NCBI GenBank assembly: GCA_026936335.1 | Contig: JAPMXV010000020.1 | Location: 62,001 to 126,000, forward strand | Reading direction: 5' to 3' | DNA: 64,000 nt | From: Mantamonas sphyraenae STR306 | Taxonomy: Eukaryota > Protista > CRuMs | In this document: in pieces, positions 1 through 11,488 of the stretch | Layout of the letters: every line of letters begins with the position of its first letter | Position numbering within the stretch: the stretch's first letter is position 1 | Position numbers and translations under genes: made by a program | The notes under the pieces: model-generated | Seen by the model: the letters and a program-made list of their open reading frames with translations, nothing else | The model's database searches: none | What the model was told of the DNA's origin: nothing

Positions 1-2394
1 TCGCTTGGCCTCACCTGCGCCCAACTGCTTCATGCGCATCTCCCGATATGTAAAGTTGACCATTTGACCGGACAGCGCACGCAGCTTCGTGCGAATGCTG
101 CGCTTGCGGCGCACCTCTGGGCTGCGGTTCAGCTCGGCAAAGCGGACCAGGCTGGCGTTGTCCTTGATGAAGGCAACCTCGGTGCTGTCGTCGTACACCA
201 TCACACACTGGAACGGAAACGGGATCACGTACATCTTGCCAAAGTAGGTGCGTGTCTTTTGCACCACCTGCTGCTGCTGCTGTCCCTTGTTCTTCCCCTT
301 CTTCTGCTGCTCCTGCTGCGATTCCTCATCCACCTCTTCCTTCCCTCCATCCCAGTACACGTCGACGCCTTCCAGGTTTTCCCGAACAAACTTGCGCTCC
401 AGTTGCACCTGTTTGCTCACCGGTTGGATGGCCTTGCGGTACTCCTCCACACCGATGCTGCCTGCCACATCCTTCAACTCCATCAGCCGGTCCGCACACG
501 GTGCAAATTCCTCCACGTTGAGGAAGAGCGAGTCCCAGAACGCGTGCCAAATGCGCAGCTTGCGCTCCTTGCGCAGGTCCCACGCCATCTTTTGCGTGAA
601 ATCCACACGCGATGTCAGGTTCTTCAACTTGGTTTTGAAGAACTGGAAGCCCAACAGGGCAAAGAAGAGCATGATGAAGATGTTGAGGATGTTGATGAGG
701 TTGAGGAGAATCGGGTAGCTGGGATCGGCCCCAATCAAGATGCGAGCATATCCCAGGCACACCGTGACGAGGGTTGTGATGCGACCCGACTGGTCGATGT
801 GGTCGTCCTCATCCTTGATAAAGGGTGCGGTAAACAGCGACAGCGCGGTAAACACAGCCAGGATGGCAATGGAGGCGCCGGCCTGCACTGTGGGCATGGT
901 GGCAAACAGGATCACCGCAAGAATCAGCGCCAGCTTGACCACCATGACGACCACCTTGTAGAACGCCCACTTGCGTTCGTATCCCTTGTACAGGAAGCGG
1001 TAGGGACACTTGTCCTTGGCCAGATCCTTTTTGTAGTCGTCGTCGGTGTACGTTTTGCGCCTGCCTTCTGCGTCGTAGAGCACCTCGGTGGGCTTGTTGG
1101 CCTGGATGATGACGTAACACTGGTAGGGCAGGTAGAAGGTGATGAGCACAATGGCAGGCAGGCATGCAATGATGTGAAGAATGTGCAGGGCTCCCCAGCA
1201 GCCCTCGGGAGCAAAGGCCTCCCTGTAGCTGCGATGGCAGACAAACATCTGGATGGCGTTGCGACTGATGGGCATGTACAGGGTGGTGAGGATGGTGAGG
1301 AGCACTTGGATGGACAGCAGCTCGCCTTTGCCGCGCTGCTCCCATTGCCTGCTCTCGTGGCCGTCGCGGATGGCATCCGGATCGTTTTTGTGTCGCCAGT
1401 AGAACACAGCCATGAGCACGAGACCCAACATGGTGATGATCCAAAACACGGCCAGGGGCGTCAATTGGGGCAGTATGATGTCAAAGTCGATGGCCACCAA
1501 CTCGGCCACGGCGCCAAACCAGTCGCGAAACTCGGGCGGCCAGTCGATGCCCGTGAAGAACAGACCCATGATTTGGAAAAAGTCTCGAAACACGTCAAAC
1601 TTGACCCAATCAAAGGAGAAGCTCCAGCACCAGTTGATGATGGGTCCCGCGTCGTCGTCACGGCCCAACGCACGCCGTTCGAAGCGCAACTCCGCTTCCG
1701 AACGGCTCAGGCTATAGTCTGCCTGTGTGCTTGTGCTCCACGCAGGTTTCACCGTTTTGAACTGGGCACTGTGCACCAGATCACTCAGGCTCGTGAACGA
1801 TTCCTCACTCAGCTGTGCCGTGGGAAAACACACGGGTTAGTGATTTGGAGTTTGGAGGGAACACATTCACAGGGGGTGCACGCAGGGAGCCCTGGTGGGC
1901 GTGTATCCACATGTGTGTGCATCTGCCATGTGTGCGCATGTGTGCGTGTGCGTGTGTGTGTGTGTGTGCGTGGTACGTACGGCGTTGTAGGATTGGGGAC
2001 GGAAGCTTGTGTCGGCAGTGATGGAAACAGCGCGGCGCTGAGGCATGACCAAATCCTCGTCGATGGACTCTGTGCTGGCTTCGACGCTGTCCCAATCGTC
2101 TGCGCCACGTGAAAGGGTGCTGTCGACGGGGCTCATGCCCAGATCGAGTTCAGCCAGAGTGTCGCCAAGTACATCGAGGTCCATGTCTGTGTCAAGGGTG
2201 GCGGCAGATGCGGCAGACGGTGAGGGCAAACTCAGCTGCGTGTCCACATCCAGCTCGACCTCATCCATCTGCACACCGGCCGCAGCGTCGCGTATGTCGT
2301 CAGCCACCTGATGGAGTGCCTCCTGGGCCTCGTCGGCACGAGGCGGAGGCATGGGAGGCGGATTGCGAGGCGGTGGCGGTGGCCGGCCACTCAT
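1..2394 (-). CDS. Multi-pass membrane protein, TRP-like/flavin-carrier-like TM region plus cytosolic C-terminal domain; 3' end runs off the window
   Basis: ATG at 2394 (MSGRPPPPP...). Intron 1813-1980 (GTACGT...CTAAC...CACAG, phase 0). Exon 2 is open to position 1 with several hydrophobic helices and the motif PYRFLYKGYERKWAFYKVVVMVVKL typical of TRP-like TM domains. Absent from the ORF track because no stop lies in the window. Confidence 0.7.
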
Positions 2395-2442
2395 TTTGCT
2401 GCGGATGATGTGCGGTGGATGGCGCAACACTGCGGGCACAAT

Positions 2443-3576
2443 ATGCTCAAGATCAACATCGGGGGCAAAAGGGTGGTGGATGAGGAGGAGGCGGCTGTGG
2501 ACGGAGCTGAGTCATCGGTAGGCGTGCAGACGAGCCAGCCCGGAGTGAACAGCCCGGCGTCGTTGAAGATCAAACTCAAGCTGGCGGCTGCTGGGGAACC
2601 GTCTGAAACGGAGCGGCCACTGCGAAGGCGCAAGAAGAAGCGGAAAGTTGTGTTGGCATCAGAGCAGCATGGACAAGGGGACACCGACGGCCAAGAGGAG
2701 GGCGGGGCGACGTCAACGCGGGAGGCACAGGTGAGCGAATCGGCAAGTCAGGAATCGTCGTCGTCAGCGGCGGCGGCGGGCACGCAACCGGAAACGAGTG
2801 TAGCGGACAAGGAGAAACAGAGAAGGAGGGAAACGGTGGCGCACGTGCGCAAGATGGCAGAGGAGAGCATGATGTCGTTTGAGGAGCAACGCAGGAGAAA
2901 GGCAGAGGCAGAAGGGCGCACCAAGACAACACAAGCTCGCAAGCCACTTGCGTTGGCCGACCTGTTGAACAGCGTGGAGCAGACATACGCAGCGCCAATC
3001 AAGGCCAAAAGCCAGGCGGAGCTGGCCATGGAGGCACGGCGCCGTGCAGAGAGGGAACACATGGAACGGATGGCCAAGCAACTTCAAGAGCAGGAGAAGC
3101 AGGCGGTGCGTGCGTTTCGCGAACAATACCGACAGCAGCTGGAGACGTTTGTGGGCCAGAATGAGCAACGCAGTGTGGAAATGCCCGAGATGAATCCAGA
3201 GGAGCGGCAATGGCTGCGGGAGCTGTGTGACGAGCTGGACCTGGAGTTTGAATCCAAAGGTCTGTCGCCACACAGGCAGCTGGTGGTGTGGAAGAAGGGC
3301 GAGTTGGCAAAGGATGCGGAAAACGCAAGAATGGCACGATTGCTGGAGGAGGCCGAGGAAGAGGAGGCAGCACGTGAGGCACAGGAGGCAGAAGAGGAAC
3401 GACGACGACAACAGAAAGTGGCACCCGTGCAAGGGGAACACATGCAGATGGATCCCACACAAATGTGGCGCACGGGAACCGTCGTACGTGACAGGCGCAC
3501 TGTGGGCGACCTGTTGGTGGAGCGAGAGCGTGCCAAGCGCCAGGCAGACCAAGCGGATGAACAACAGCAGCAGTAG
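2443..3576 (+). CDS. SPAG7-like R3H-domain protein
   Basis: R3H-like segment MPEMNPEERQWLRELCDELDLEFESKGLSPHRQLVVWKK; LADLLNSVEQ and C-terminal RDRRTVGDLL resemble SPAG7 motifs. Confidence 0.65.
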   Translation: MLKINIGGKRVVDEEEAAVDGAESSVGVQTSQPGVNSPASLKIKLKLAAAGEPSETERPLRRRKKKRKVVLASEQHGQGDTDGQEEGGATSTREAQVSESASQESSSSAAAAGTQPETSVADKEKQRRRETVAHVRKMAEESMMSFEEQRRRKAEAEGRTKTTQARKPLALADLLNSVEQTYAAPIKAKSQAELAMEARRRAEREHMERMAKQLQEQEKQAVRAFREQYRQQLETFVGQNEQRSVEMPEMNPEERQWLRELCDELDLEFESKGLSPHRQLVVWKKGELAKDAENARMARLLEEAEEEEAAREAQEAEEERRRQQKVAPVQGEHMQMDPTQMWRTGTVVRDRRTVGDLLVERERAKRQADQADEQQQQ

Positions 3577-4076
3577 CAGCAGTAGCAGTAGCAGTAGCAG
3601 TAGCAGCAGCAGCAGCAGTGGCAATGGGGGCCGTAGTGATGTGGAGATTGTGAAAGAAAAGGCCCGGCGATGGTTTGGAGAACCGACCACGGCTGTCGTG
3701 GGCTCTTGGCAAATGGACGAGATGGCGCTGGTCGTTGGAGCTGGCGGGTTGTTTGCAGCTGGCGTCGGCTACGGCTTGCACGGAAGTACGAAAACACACA
3801 CAGCGGCAGAGACGTTGAACCGGGATGTGAGTGACGAAGCAGGAGGAGGAGAGGAATGCGAGCCAGAGGGAATCAGGAGGCTGACACGCACAACGCAACG
3901 CGGGGCTGCAGCTCGTCGCAGAGGGGAGACGACTTGCCGGCAAGGCGTTCTTCTACGGCACGCTGCTGGCTGTGGGCATGTGTGGATCCATTGTATGGGT
4001 CACATTCAAAGTCATGGGTGTGCACACGCTGAAGGAGTTTACTGCAGCCATGCGAGGTGACGAGGAGGAAATGTGA
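3557..4076 (+). CDS. TMEM242 (DUF1358)-like small membrane protein
   Basis: Intron 3827-3911 (GTGAGT...CTGAC...GCAG). Spliced product ...GLFAAGVGYGL...LAGKAFFYGTLLAVGMCGSIVWVTFKVMGVHTLKEFTAAMR resembles TMEM242. Start uncertain (3557 or 3713). Confidence 0.6.
3563..3619 (+). repeat. CAG/TAG (AGC/AGT) trinucleotide microsatellite spanning the SPAG7-like stop
   Basis: cagcagcagtagcagcagtagcagtag... Confidence 0.9.
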
Positions 4077-4090
4077 GTTTCGCGGCCTTC

Positions 4091-5515
4091 TCAGAATCCG
4101 TTGACAATGGCAATGACGCGCTGGGCAAGAGTGTCGCCGGCCGTCTGCACCCAGCGTGTGAGAATGGCCATTGCGCGCGAGTCGGTGAGCACTGCCTGCT
4201 GGATGCCCGGTGCATTTTGCCCCAAGCGACGTACTTGGGGCTGGCCCAGAAAGAGGGGGATGGACATGAGCACTTGCAGCAGGCGAGCCTCGCTCGGTTC
4301 CAAAGCGTTGTCTCCATGGGTGTCGAATTCGGCGTACGCAGAGGCATCGAGGAGGTGCTTGATGTCCGCAAATGGGTGCCATGTCAGAGTGCGAGGGCAC
4401 AACAGGTCGCTCGGTGCGTATTCGGCTTTGTAGCGCATCTTTGTACAGTTGTGGATGTAGTAGCCCATGTAAAGGTAGTGAAGGGTGTCGCTTTGCAGCT
4501 CCTGCACCCATTGGATCTCTCGCAATGCGGAGTACACGCCCAGCGACAGCTCGGGGCGTTCGGGATCCCAGATGAGATACACCGACGAGAGACAGGAGGG
4601 GAGAATGTCGACCACGCCGATGGCCACGAGCTCGCCGTCCAAACGATACAACTGATGGAATGCACCGCACTGAACGCCGTCCACCTCCTCTTCTTTCAAG
4701 GGAGAGGAGCACAGGAAGCGAGTGAATCCCTTCACAGTCACCTTTTCCTCGGCGTCGTTGTGCACAGCCATCTGGTAGCGTTTGTAGAGCGCGTACGCTT
4801 CGTCCGTGTACTTGGCGGGCACCATTTCGATCTCCAGTGTTGAGAACGACGAGGATGAGGATGAAGAGGATGATGTTGAGGCGCTTGTGTTCGTTTCCAC
4901 CTCCATGGTGTCGTCGAGATCGTCGTCTTGGAGGAGGAAGATGTTCAGCATGCCATTGTCGGCCACCTGGACGTCTTGGATGGATGGATGGCACTCGACG
5001 ATGCGTGTACGTAGTGTGGCAGCATGCACAGCCACAGATGTCTCTGTGTGCTCCTTGTGTGCCACAAAGGCGGCGTTGCAGCTCAGCGTGCCAAACGAAG
5101 CTCGTTTGCTGGGCACATTCACACGCACATGGCACCCGTCGACCTGCACTGCCGCCTCCACAGCTTCGCACACGTCCTTGAATTCCTTGTTGCTCTGTCG
5201 CGACTTTGTATGTGTGTCTGCAGGCGGCAGCTTGCCGAGTAGCCGATCCCACTTTCGCAGCACTTTCCGCTGCGCTTTGTTTGCCTGGAATTCGTTCACA
5301 TCCAGTCGAATGGTGTATTGTGGGCAACACATGCGCTTGTTGTCGGGTTTGTACAGGTAGGTGCCTGAGCGACGCCAGCCCCGGTCGAGAAGCGCCTGGT
5401 AGTCGTGCACCGTGAGACTGTGTGCCACCATGCCTGTGGTGACAAAGCCATCTGTGCTCCCACAGTACCCACACTTGTGGCCTCCGTCCTCTTCGAGAAG
5501 CTCAACGATGGACAT
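4091..5515 (-). CDS. ATE1: Arginyl-tRNA--protein transferase (N-degron pathway)
   Basis: CGYC, YQALLDRGWRRSGTYLYKP, CCPQYTIRLD, FHQLYRLDGELVAIGVVDILPSCLSSVY and YLYMGYYIHNCTKMRYK; ATG at 5515 (MSIVELL). Confidence 0.95.
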   Translation of the reverse strand: MSIVELLEEDGGHKCGYCGSTDGFVTTGMVAHSLTVHDYQALLDRGWRRSGTYLYKPDNKRMCCPQYTIRLDVNEFQANKAQRKVLRKWDRLLGKLPPADTHTKSRQSNKEFKDVCEAVEAAVQVDGCHVRVNVPSKRASFGTLSCNAAFVAHKEHTETSVAVHAATLRTRIVECHPSIQDVQVADNGMLNIFLLQDDDLDDTMEVETNTSASTSSSSSSSSSFSTLEIEMVPAKYTDEAYALYKRYQMAVHNDAEEKVTVKGFTRFLCSSPLKEEEVDGVQCGAFHQLYRLDGELVAIGVVDILPSCLSSVYLIWDPERPELSLGVYSALREIQWVQELQSDTLHYLYMGYYIHNCTKMRYKAEYAPSDLLCPRTLTWHPFADIKHLLDASAYAEFDTHGDNALEPSEARLLQVLMSIPLFLGQPQVRRLGQNAPGIQQAVLTDSRAMAILTRWVQTAGDTLAQRVIAIVNGF

Positions 5516-5590
5516 TTGCAGGGACTTTGGTTTCGCCCGCGCGATCGCCTCCACCGCATTCCATCCCACACACGGTTTGCCACAGCCAAA

Positions 5591-7384
5591 ATGTTTGTGG
5601 CACCACTCTACATATCCAAGGTGGTGAATGTGCAGTCGAAGCGGTGGGAGGAGTACGACAGCGAGGAGGAGGACTTTGAGCTTGCACTGAATGCGTCTTC
5701 CTCGTCGTCGGCCTCGCAACACCACAGCCAGCAGCAGCAACAACGAAACAACACCTCGGCGGTGGTTGAGTCGGCGCCACCAGGCCTGGACTTTCTCAAA
5801 TCGGAAAAGGCCAAGCTGGACGCCGAGCTGCACGGCAAGGTGCTGCTGAGCAGTTCGACGTCCGCCGACGCAGACACGCTGGCTTTTGGAGGATACTATG
5901 ACGATGAGGACGACGATGGTGACGATGATAACCACTCTGGGAATGACAGTGAAGACGAAGACAGCTTTCAGAAGCGAGTAGAGGACATTTACAGCAGCAA
6001 GGAGACCCAGGTGGCGGTGCTGAACCAGGCGGCCATGATCAACGTCGTCAAGCGCAGCAAGCAGTGGGAAGAGGAGCTCAAGGAATGGCACAAGCAGATG
6101 GACGACGAAGAAGACGTGCCCGACGACGAAACCTACGTGCTTTCAATCCAGGCCAATCCCGACGCAGGATTGGTCGCTGTGGCCACGAGTGATCGTTGCA
6201 TTCACCTGTACACCCTGTAAGTGTCGCCCTTGGATGGAGGCATGCACATGCACAAGCGCACTTGCAGCAGTGTATGTGTGTGTGTAATGTCGCCTTTTCT
6301 TTCTCTGCATGTGCACACGCTTTGCTGACTCACCCGTTTGCTCGAATTGCCCAGCGATCGGATCTCGCGCAAGTGTTTGCTGCCGGACGCCCACGAGGGA
6401 GCACTGTCTGCGCTTGCATGGTCGCCTGCAGATGCATCGAGGCTGTTTTCATGCTCATTGGACGGAAGCCTGTGTGTGTGGCGAGTGAACGAGACCGGGG
6501 ATCGGGTGCGTGAAGAAGCGCGTGTGACAGTTCCTGGGAACGAAGCGTTGCGTGCGCTGGCAATCAACGCGGAAGGTTCGCTTGTGGCTGCGTGTACCCA
6601 GCACCATGCGTACGTGTGGGATGTGGACAACGGCCTGGAGGAACTGTTTGCCTTTCAGGACTTTCGTGAAGAGGTGGCAGGCGTCAAGTTCCACCCCACA
6701 GAGCCGTTCCTGCTGCACGTCATGGTCGACGACGGCTGCATTTCGCTGTACGATCTGGCCGAGGGTCAACACAGCGACGACGAGCAAGATCTGCTCGAGT
6801 TTGTGTACAACTGTGGACAACCGGCATCGCGCCTGGGCTGGTTTGGACCCGAGAATGCGTACATGTATGTGCTCACGTACACCGAGGAGTTGTGTCTGTT
6901 TGAAACCCTCAGTGGGGAGTTGGTGCACATGTTTCGTGACACGCGTACGTTGCTGAACGACCACAAAGACTCCTCGCTGCACGTCGACTATCTCATCGAC
7001 TGTACATACGACCCCGCCTCGCAGCGGCTGTTCCTCCTGGCAGGCAGCTTTTCGGGCGACCTCCTTCTGTCCGGGGTCACCGACGATTCGCTGGAACCCC
7101 TGCTGACCCTGGAAAAGGGCCATTCCGCAGTCGTCCGCGACTACTACTGGGACATCGAACGCAAACAGATGATCACAGGCGGCGAAGACTCTCGTCTTAT
7201 GCTCTGGACCAACTCCATGGTCTCGTCCTTTTCCAACATGGTCGAGAGGCAGATGCGCAGCGAGGGCAAACGGGTGTCATCGTCGTCTGCATCGTCGTCC
7301 AGTAGCAGCAGCAGCAGTGGAAAGGCACGCAGTGGCAAGAGCAAAGGAGAGGCAAAGGTACGCCGAACCCACCGGCCGTATTGA
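5591..7384 (+). CDS. WDR89: WD40-repeat protein, WDR89-like, with acidic N-terminal extension
   Basis: Intron 6217-6354 joins ...IHLYTL to DRISRK.... WD repeats include GHSAVVRDYYWD...MITGGEDSRLMLW and DYLIDC. Confidence 0.75.
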
Positions 7385-7435
7385 TGGATTGCAAATGAAA
7401 GCTCCCCGGGTGCAACCAGGGCAAAAGTTGTGGCC

Positions 7436-8993
7436 ATGTTTGCGAGGCAGAGGATGGCAGTGGCCGTACGCAGTGGTGCACAGGGACTGAAAGTGGGAGA
7501 AAGAGGCAATGCGTGCGTGCATACAAGCGCACAGAGGTGGTACGAGGCCGCACAGACGTTGGAAGAGATGCAATTCGGTGGGTTTTCCACACTACACGCA
7601 AGCGCACACCCGTGGGCAGCTGTGTGCTGACAGAGGACCAATGTGTCTGCTCACCACACACCACACGCCACACACCACAGAGGGGCGCAGTGTGAAGGAA
7701 GTGCTGGAGGAGAATGCAGGCGGGAGATGGTACAATGTGCCGGAGAATGTGGTGGAGAAGCTGGGACGGAACTTGCATCGACGTGAAGGGCACCCGTTGC
7801 ACACGATTGCACGACGCATCCAAACGCACTTTGGAAGCGAGACGTCAGGAAACGCACGAGTGCATGCACGCGACACGGGAGTGGCGGATGTGGCGTATGA
7901 GAGTGTGGACGGCCTTGCGCCGGTGGTGACAACACAGGCCTGCTTCGACGATCTGTGCGTTCCGAGCGACCACGTGAGCCGCAGCCCCAAGGACACGTAC
8001 TACGTGAACGAAAGCACGCTGTTGCGAGCACACACGAGTGCACATCAGACGCAGATGCTGAGGATGGGCAAGCGAGCCTTCCTGGTGACTGGGGACGTGT
8101 ATCGACGTGACACGGTGGATGCATCCCACTATCCCGTGTTTCACCAGATGGAAGGGGTGCGTGTGTTTGACGCAGACGAGTTTACACGTGGTGTGCATGC
8201 CATGGGCACGCTGACACCACAGGAGACCGTTGCGTGGCAGGAGAAAGGCGTACATGTGCACAAGGACGACCCGCGTGTGGTGGACTTTGTGCAGGAACAC
8301 CTCAAGAGGTCGTTGAGTGGCATGATCAACGATGTGTTTGCCATGCAGTTGGAACAGCGCTGGATCGACGCCTACTTCCCGTTCACAGACCCATCCTTGG
8401 AGCTGGAAATCTTTTTCAATGACGAGTGGCTGGAGGTGTTGGGTTGTGGCGTGATCCAACGTAGCATCTTGCACGAGGCGGGACGTGGCGAGGAGCGAGG
8501 ATGGGCCTTTGGGTTGGGCTTGGAACGATTGGCCATGGTCCTGTTTGACATCCCAGACATTCGTTTGTTCTGGACCGAAGACACTCGTTTCCACTCCCAG
8601 TTCCACGATGTCGCCCAAACCGACGCACGCGTACAGGCAGCCATTCGTGATGGCACCCTGGAGGTGCCCAACAACGGCGATGGACCCTTGCCGTACGGTC
8701 GCGTCTCGTTCCAACCTTACAGCAAGTATCCCGGGACGGAACGTGACGTGAGCTTCTGGGTCAATGGCGAATACGACGAAAATGGCTTCCACGAACTCGT
8801 GCGCTCCGTGGGAGGGGATCTGGTGGAGAATGTGTCGCTCATCGACAACTACACCAACAAAGAGGGACGCCAAAGCGTGTGCTTTCGTATCACGTACCGC
8901 AGCATGGATCGTTCGCTCACGGGCGAGGAGATCAACGATCTGCAGCAGGTGGTGCGCGATGGGGTTGCCTCCCAGTTTGGCGACTTGCGTTGA
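7436..8993 (+). CDS. FARS2: Mitochondrial phenylalanyl-tRNA synthetase
   Basis: Intron 7578-7680. [58 protein letters not shown]; C-terminal ferredoxin-fold anticodon-binding domain; Arg-rich N-terminal presequence. Confidence 0.95.
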
Positions 8994-9118
8994 AGTGCAT
9001 GGAAGTGTGCGTAGGATCAGTGGAGGTGAACGGAGAGGAAGCAGGGGAGGGGAGGGGGGATGTGTCATAGATTTAGAGAAATGTACGCAAAGAGTTGCAA
9101 GTTGAGAGTGTTGAGTTC

Positions 9119-9775
9119 ATGGCGAACGGCAGCGCTGCCAATCCAAACGATCGTGTCCCACCGATGAGCAACACAGAAGAGGACAGCCCGTTTCGTGCGG
9201 TGACAGAGGATGACATCGACATGTTGCTGGAATGGAGAAACGACGAACAGACACGAGCGGCAAGCAGGAGGACGTACAAACTCAGCAGGGAGGTGTACGG
9301 CAAGTGGATCACCGACTCGTTGAACGATGAGGACCCCGTCAGCATCTACGTTTATCGCATGGACGACCAAGACGCAGGCATTGTGGTGTTTGAACGCACA
9401 CTGCTTCCTGAGACACAGGAGGAGAAGGAGGAGGAAAACGAAGAAGCGGAAGGGGAGGAGGAGACGGAGAAGGAAACGGGCAAACGACGCTCCTTGGAGC
9501 TGCCTCTTCGCAACGACGAGCGATACGACGGCACCCACGTGGAAATGAGCTGGACGGTGGCACCTCACATGCGTGGCAAAGGGGTGGGCAAACGAATGGT
9601 CTGCGCTGGCGCGGATATGGCACGCGGCAGTTTCCTGACAGCAGACGTCAAGCCGGGCAATGTGGGTTCCGCCAAGATTGCCCAACATGCTGGATTTGTC
9701 CTCGTTCTGGGCGCAGACGAGAGTGCCGATGGCCTGGACCACTATGTCATGCGGGACCACGAGGAGAAAGGGTGA
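9119..9775 (+). CDS. GNAT acetyltransferase (RimJ/PseH-like) with internal acidic insertion
   Basis: FRAVTEDDIDMLLEWRND... and acetyl-CoA motif A VAPHMRGKGVGK; N-x-x-S motif (NVGSAK). Confidence 0.8.
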   Translation: MANGSAANPNDRVPPMSNTEEDSPFRAVTEDDIDMLLEWRNDEQTRAASRRTYKLSREVYGKWITDSLNDEDPVSIYVYRMDDQDAGIVVFERTLLPETQEEKEEENEEAEGEEETEKETGKRRSLELPLRNDERYDGTHVEMSWTVAPHMRGKGVGKRMVCAGADMARGSFLTADVKPGNVGSAKIAQHAGFVLVLGADESADGLDHYVMRDHEEKG

Positions 9776-9972
9776 GCGATGATTCACCTTGGCAACAGTT
9801 TCCGCGAGCAGCAGCATGGTGGTGCATGGAGCCATGAGTGACGATGTGTGTGGGTGTGTGGGTGTGAGTGAGTGTGGGTGGGTGAGTGTGTGGGAATGAA
9901 CGTGACGTGAATGTCGTGGTGGTTGCAGGAGGTCCAGTGTCCACTCTCACCAACCAAACCCGCAACAAAAGA

Positions 9973-11455
9973 ATGCAGCGTGTGATTGCCCTCTTGGTGC
10001 TGTGTGTTTGCTTGGCGACCGTGTCGTGGGCGGACGACATCGACCATCGGGTAAGTGAGCCATCCGTTACCAAATCGACCCAATCTGCATCCTATGCCGC
10101 CTTGGTTTTGCCAAATGTGCCATCGGGGTTTCGCAGGCGCAGCCCTTTCCACGCCCTCCCACGCCTGTACACAAGGCTCAGAACGTGCACGATGTGACCA
10201 GAGTGTGTATCGCCCACATAAGTGGCCCTTGGACGAGTGCTGACACGTGTGCGTGTGTGTGTGTGCGTGTGGGACTGCGTTTTAGTACGAACCGGACGAA
10301 GACGTGGTGCTTTGGGTCAACAAAGTGGGCCCGTACTACAACCCGCAGGAGACCTACTCGTACTACTCCCTCCCCTTCTGCAAGCCACCTGGAGAAGAGG
10401 TAGTGAGGAGCAAGGGATGGCTTGGTGAGGCCCTGGAGGGCACTGAGCTCGTGCATTCGGGCATCCCCATCCGCTTCCAGGCCGACGTGGAACCCACCCC
10501 GATCTGTGCCATGACCCTCACCGAAGACATTGCACGTGAATTCAGGTGGGGTGTCACCCACCACTACTGGTACCAGGTAAGCATGTGCAGGCATGCATGC
10601 ATGGCGGCGTTCCATTGCGTTGTTCCTGCGGCGAGGATGAACCAACTCTCCACCGACCCAAATCGCGCGCCTTCCTGAAAACCCCTGCCTGCACGCACCA
10701 CCAGGCTGTTTCCCCCGCTGACACGTAGGCACGCATGCAGATGTACATCGACGACCTGCCGGTGTGGGGCATGCTGGGTGAGGTCATCCCCAGCGATGAG
10801 AGCGGCGAGAAGGAGAATCTGCGCGGCGGCCACACAGCCGACCACAGCAGTGACCAGGCCTACATCTACACCCGCAAGAAGTTTTCCATTTCCTACAACA
10901 ATGACCAGGTGAGTGTGTTCCACCAGGCTGAATGATGGCGTGTCATGCGTGCTCCCACTCCACGGGAGGAAAGAGAGAGCGAGAGAGCGAGCGAGAGAGG
11001 GGAAATTTGACACACTCACGCGGCACCGCACACACACACACCCACACCCACCCACACACACACACACACGGGCTGAACTTGCACCGGTGACAGATCATCG
11101 AGGTGAATCTGACGTCGGAGACACCGATGCCCATCGACAAGGGGGTCAACCTTGTGTTTACGTACTCTGTGGAGTGGGTGCCGACGACGGTGCCCTTTGA
11201 GAGCCGCTTTGACAAGTACCTGGACTACACGTTCTTTGAACACCAGATCCACTGGTTCTCCATCTTCAACAGCTTCATGATGGTCGTCTTTCTGGTCGGT
11301 CTCGTTTCCATGATCCTCATGCGCACCCTCAACCGCGACTACGCACGCTACTCCAAGGACGAGGAGGAACTTGGCGACGAAATGGTAAGTCCACACTCGG
11401 TGGTGGCAGCGTACACACACACACACGCATACACTGCAGGTTGTGGCACTCACAT

Positions 11456-11488
<33 letters not shown>

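Noticed and set aside
64-2112. 682-aa + strand ORF and other long antisense ORFs (e.g. 25164-26837, 42436-43854, 45054-46328, 21946-23688)
   Set aside because: Shadows of GC-rich codon usage on the opposite strand of recognisable genes; no motifs of their own.
3563-3619. TAG read as Gln (ciliate-type code) in the CAG/TAG run
   Set aside because: TAG clearly terminates BiP (after KEEL) and AADAT, and no in-frame TAG occurs inside conserved domains.
10634-10680. C/D snoRNA in TM9SF intron 2 (GGATGA...CTGA)
   Set aside because: Imperfect C box, too short, and only discontinuous rRNA complementarity.
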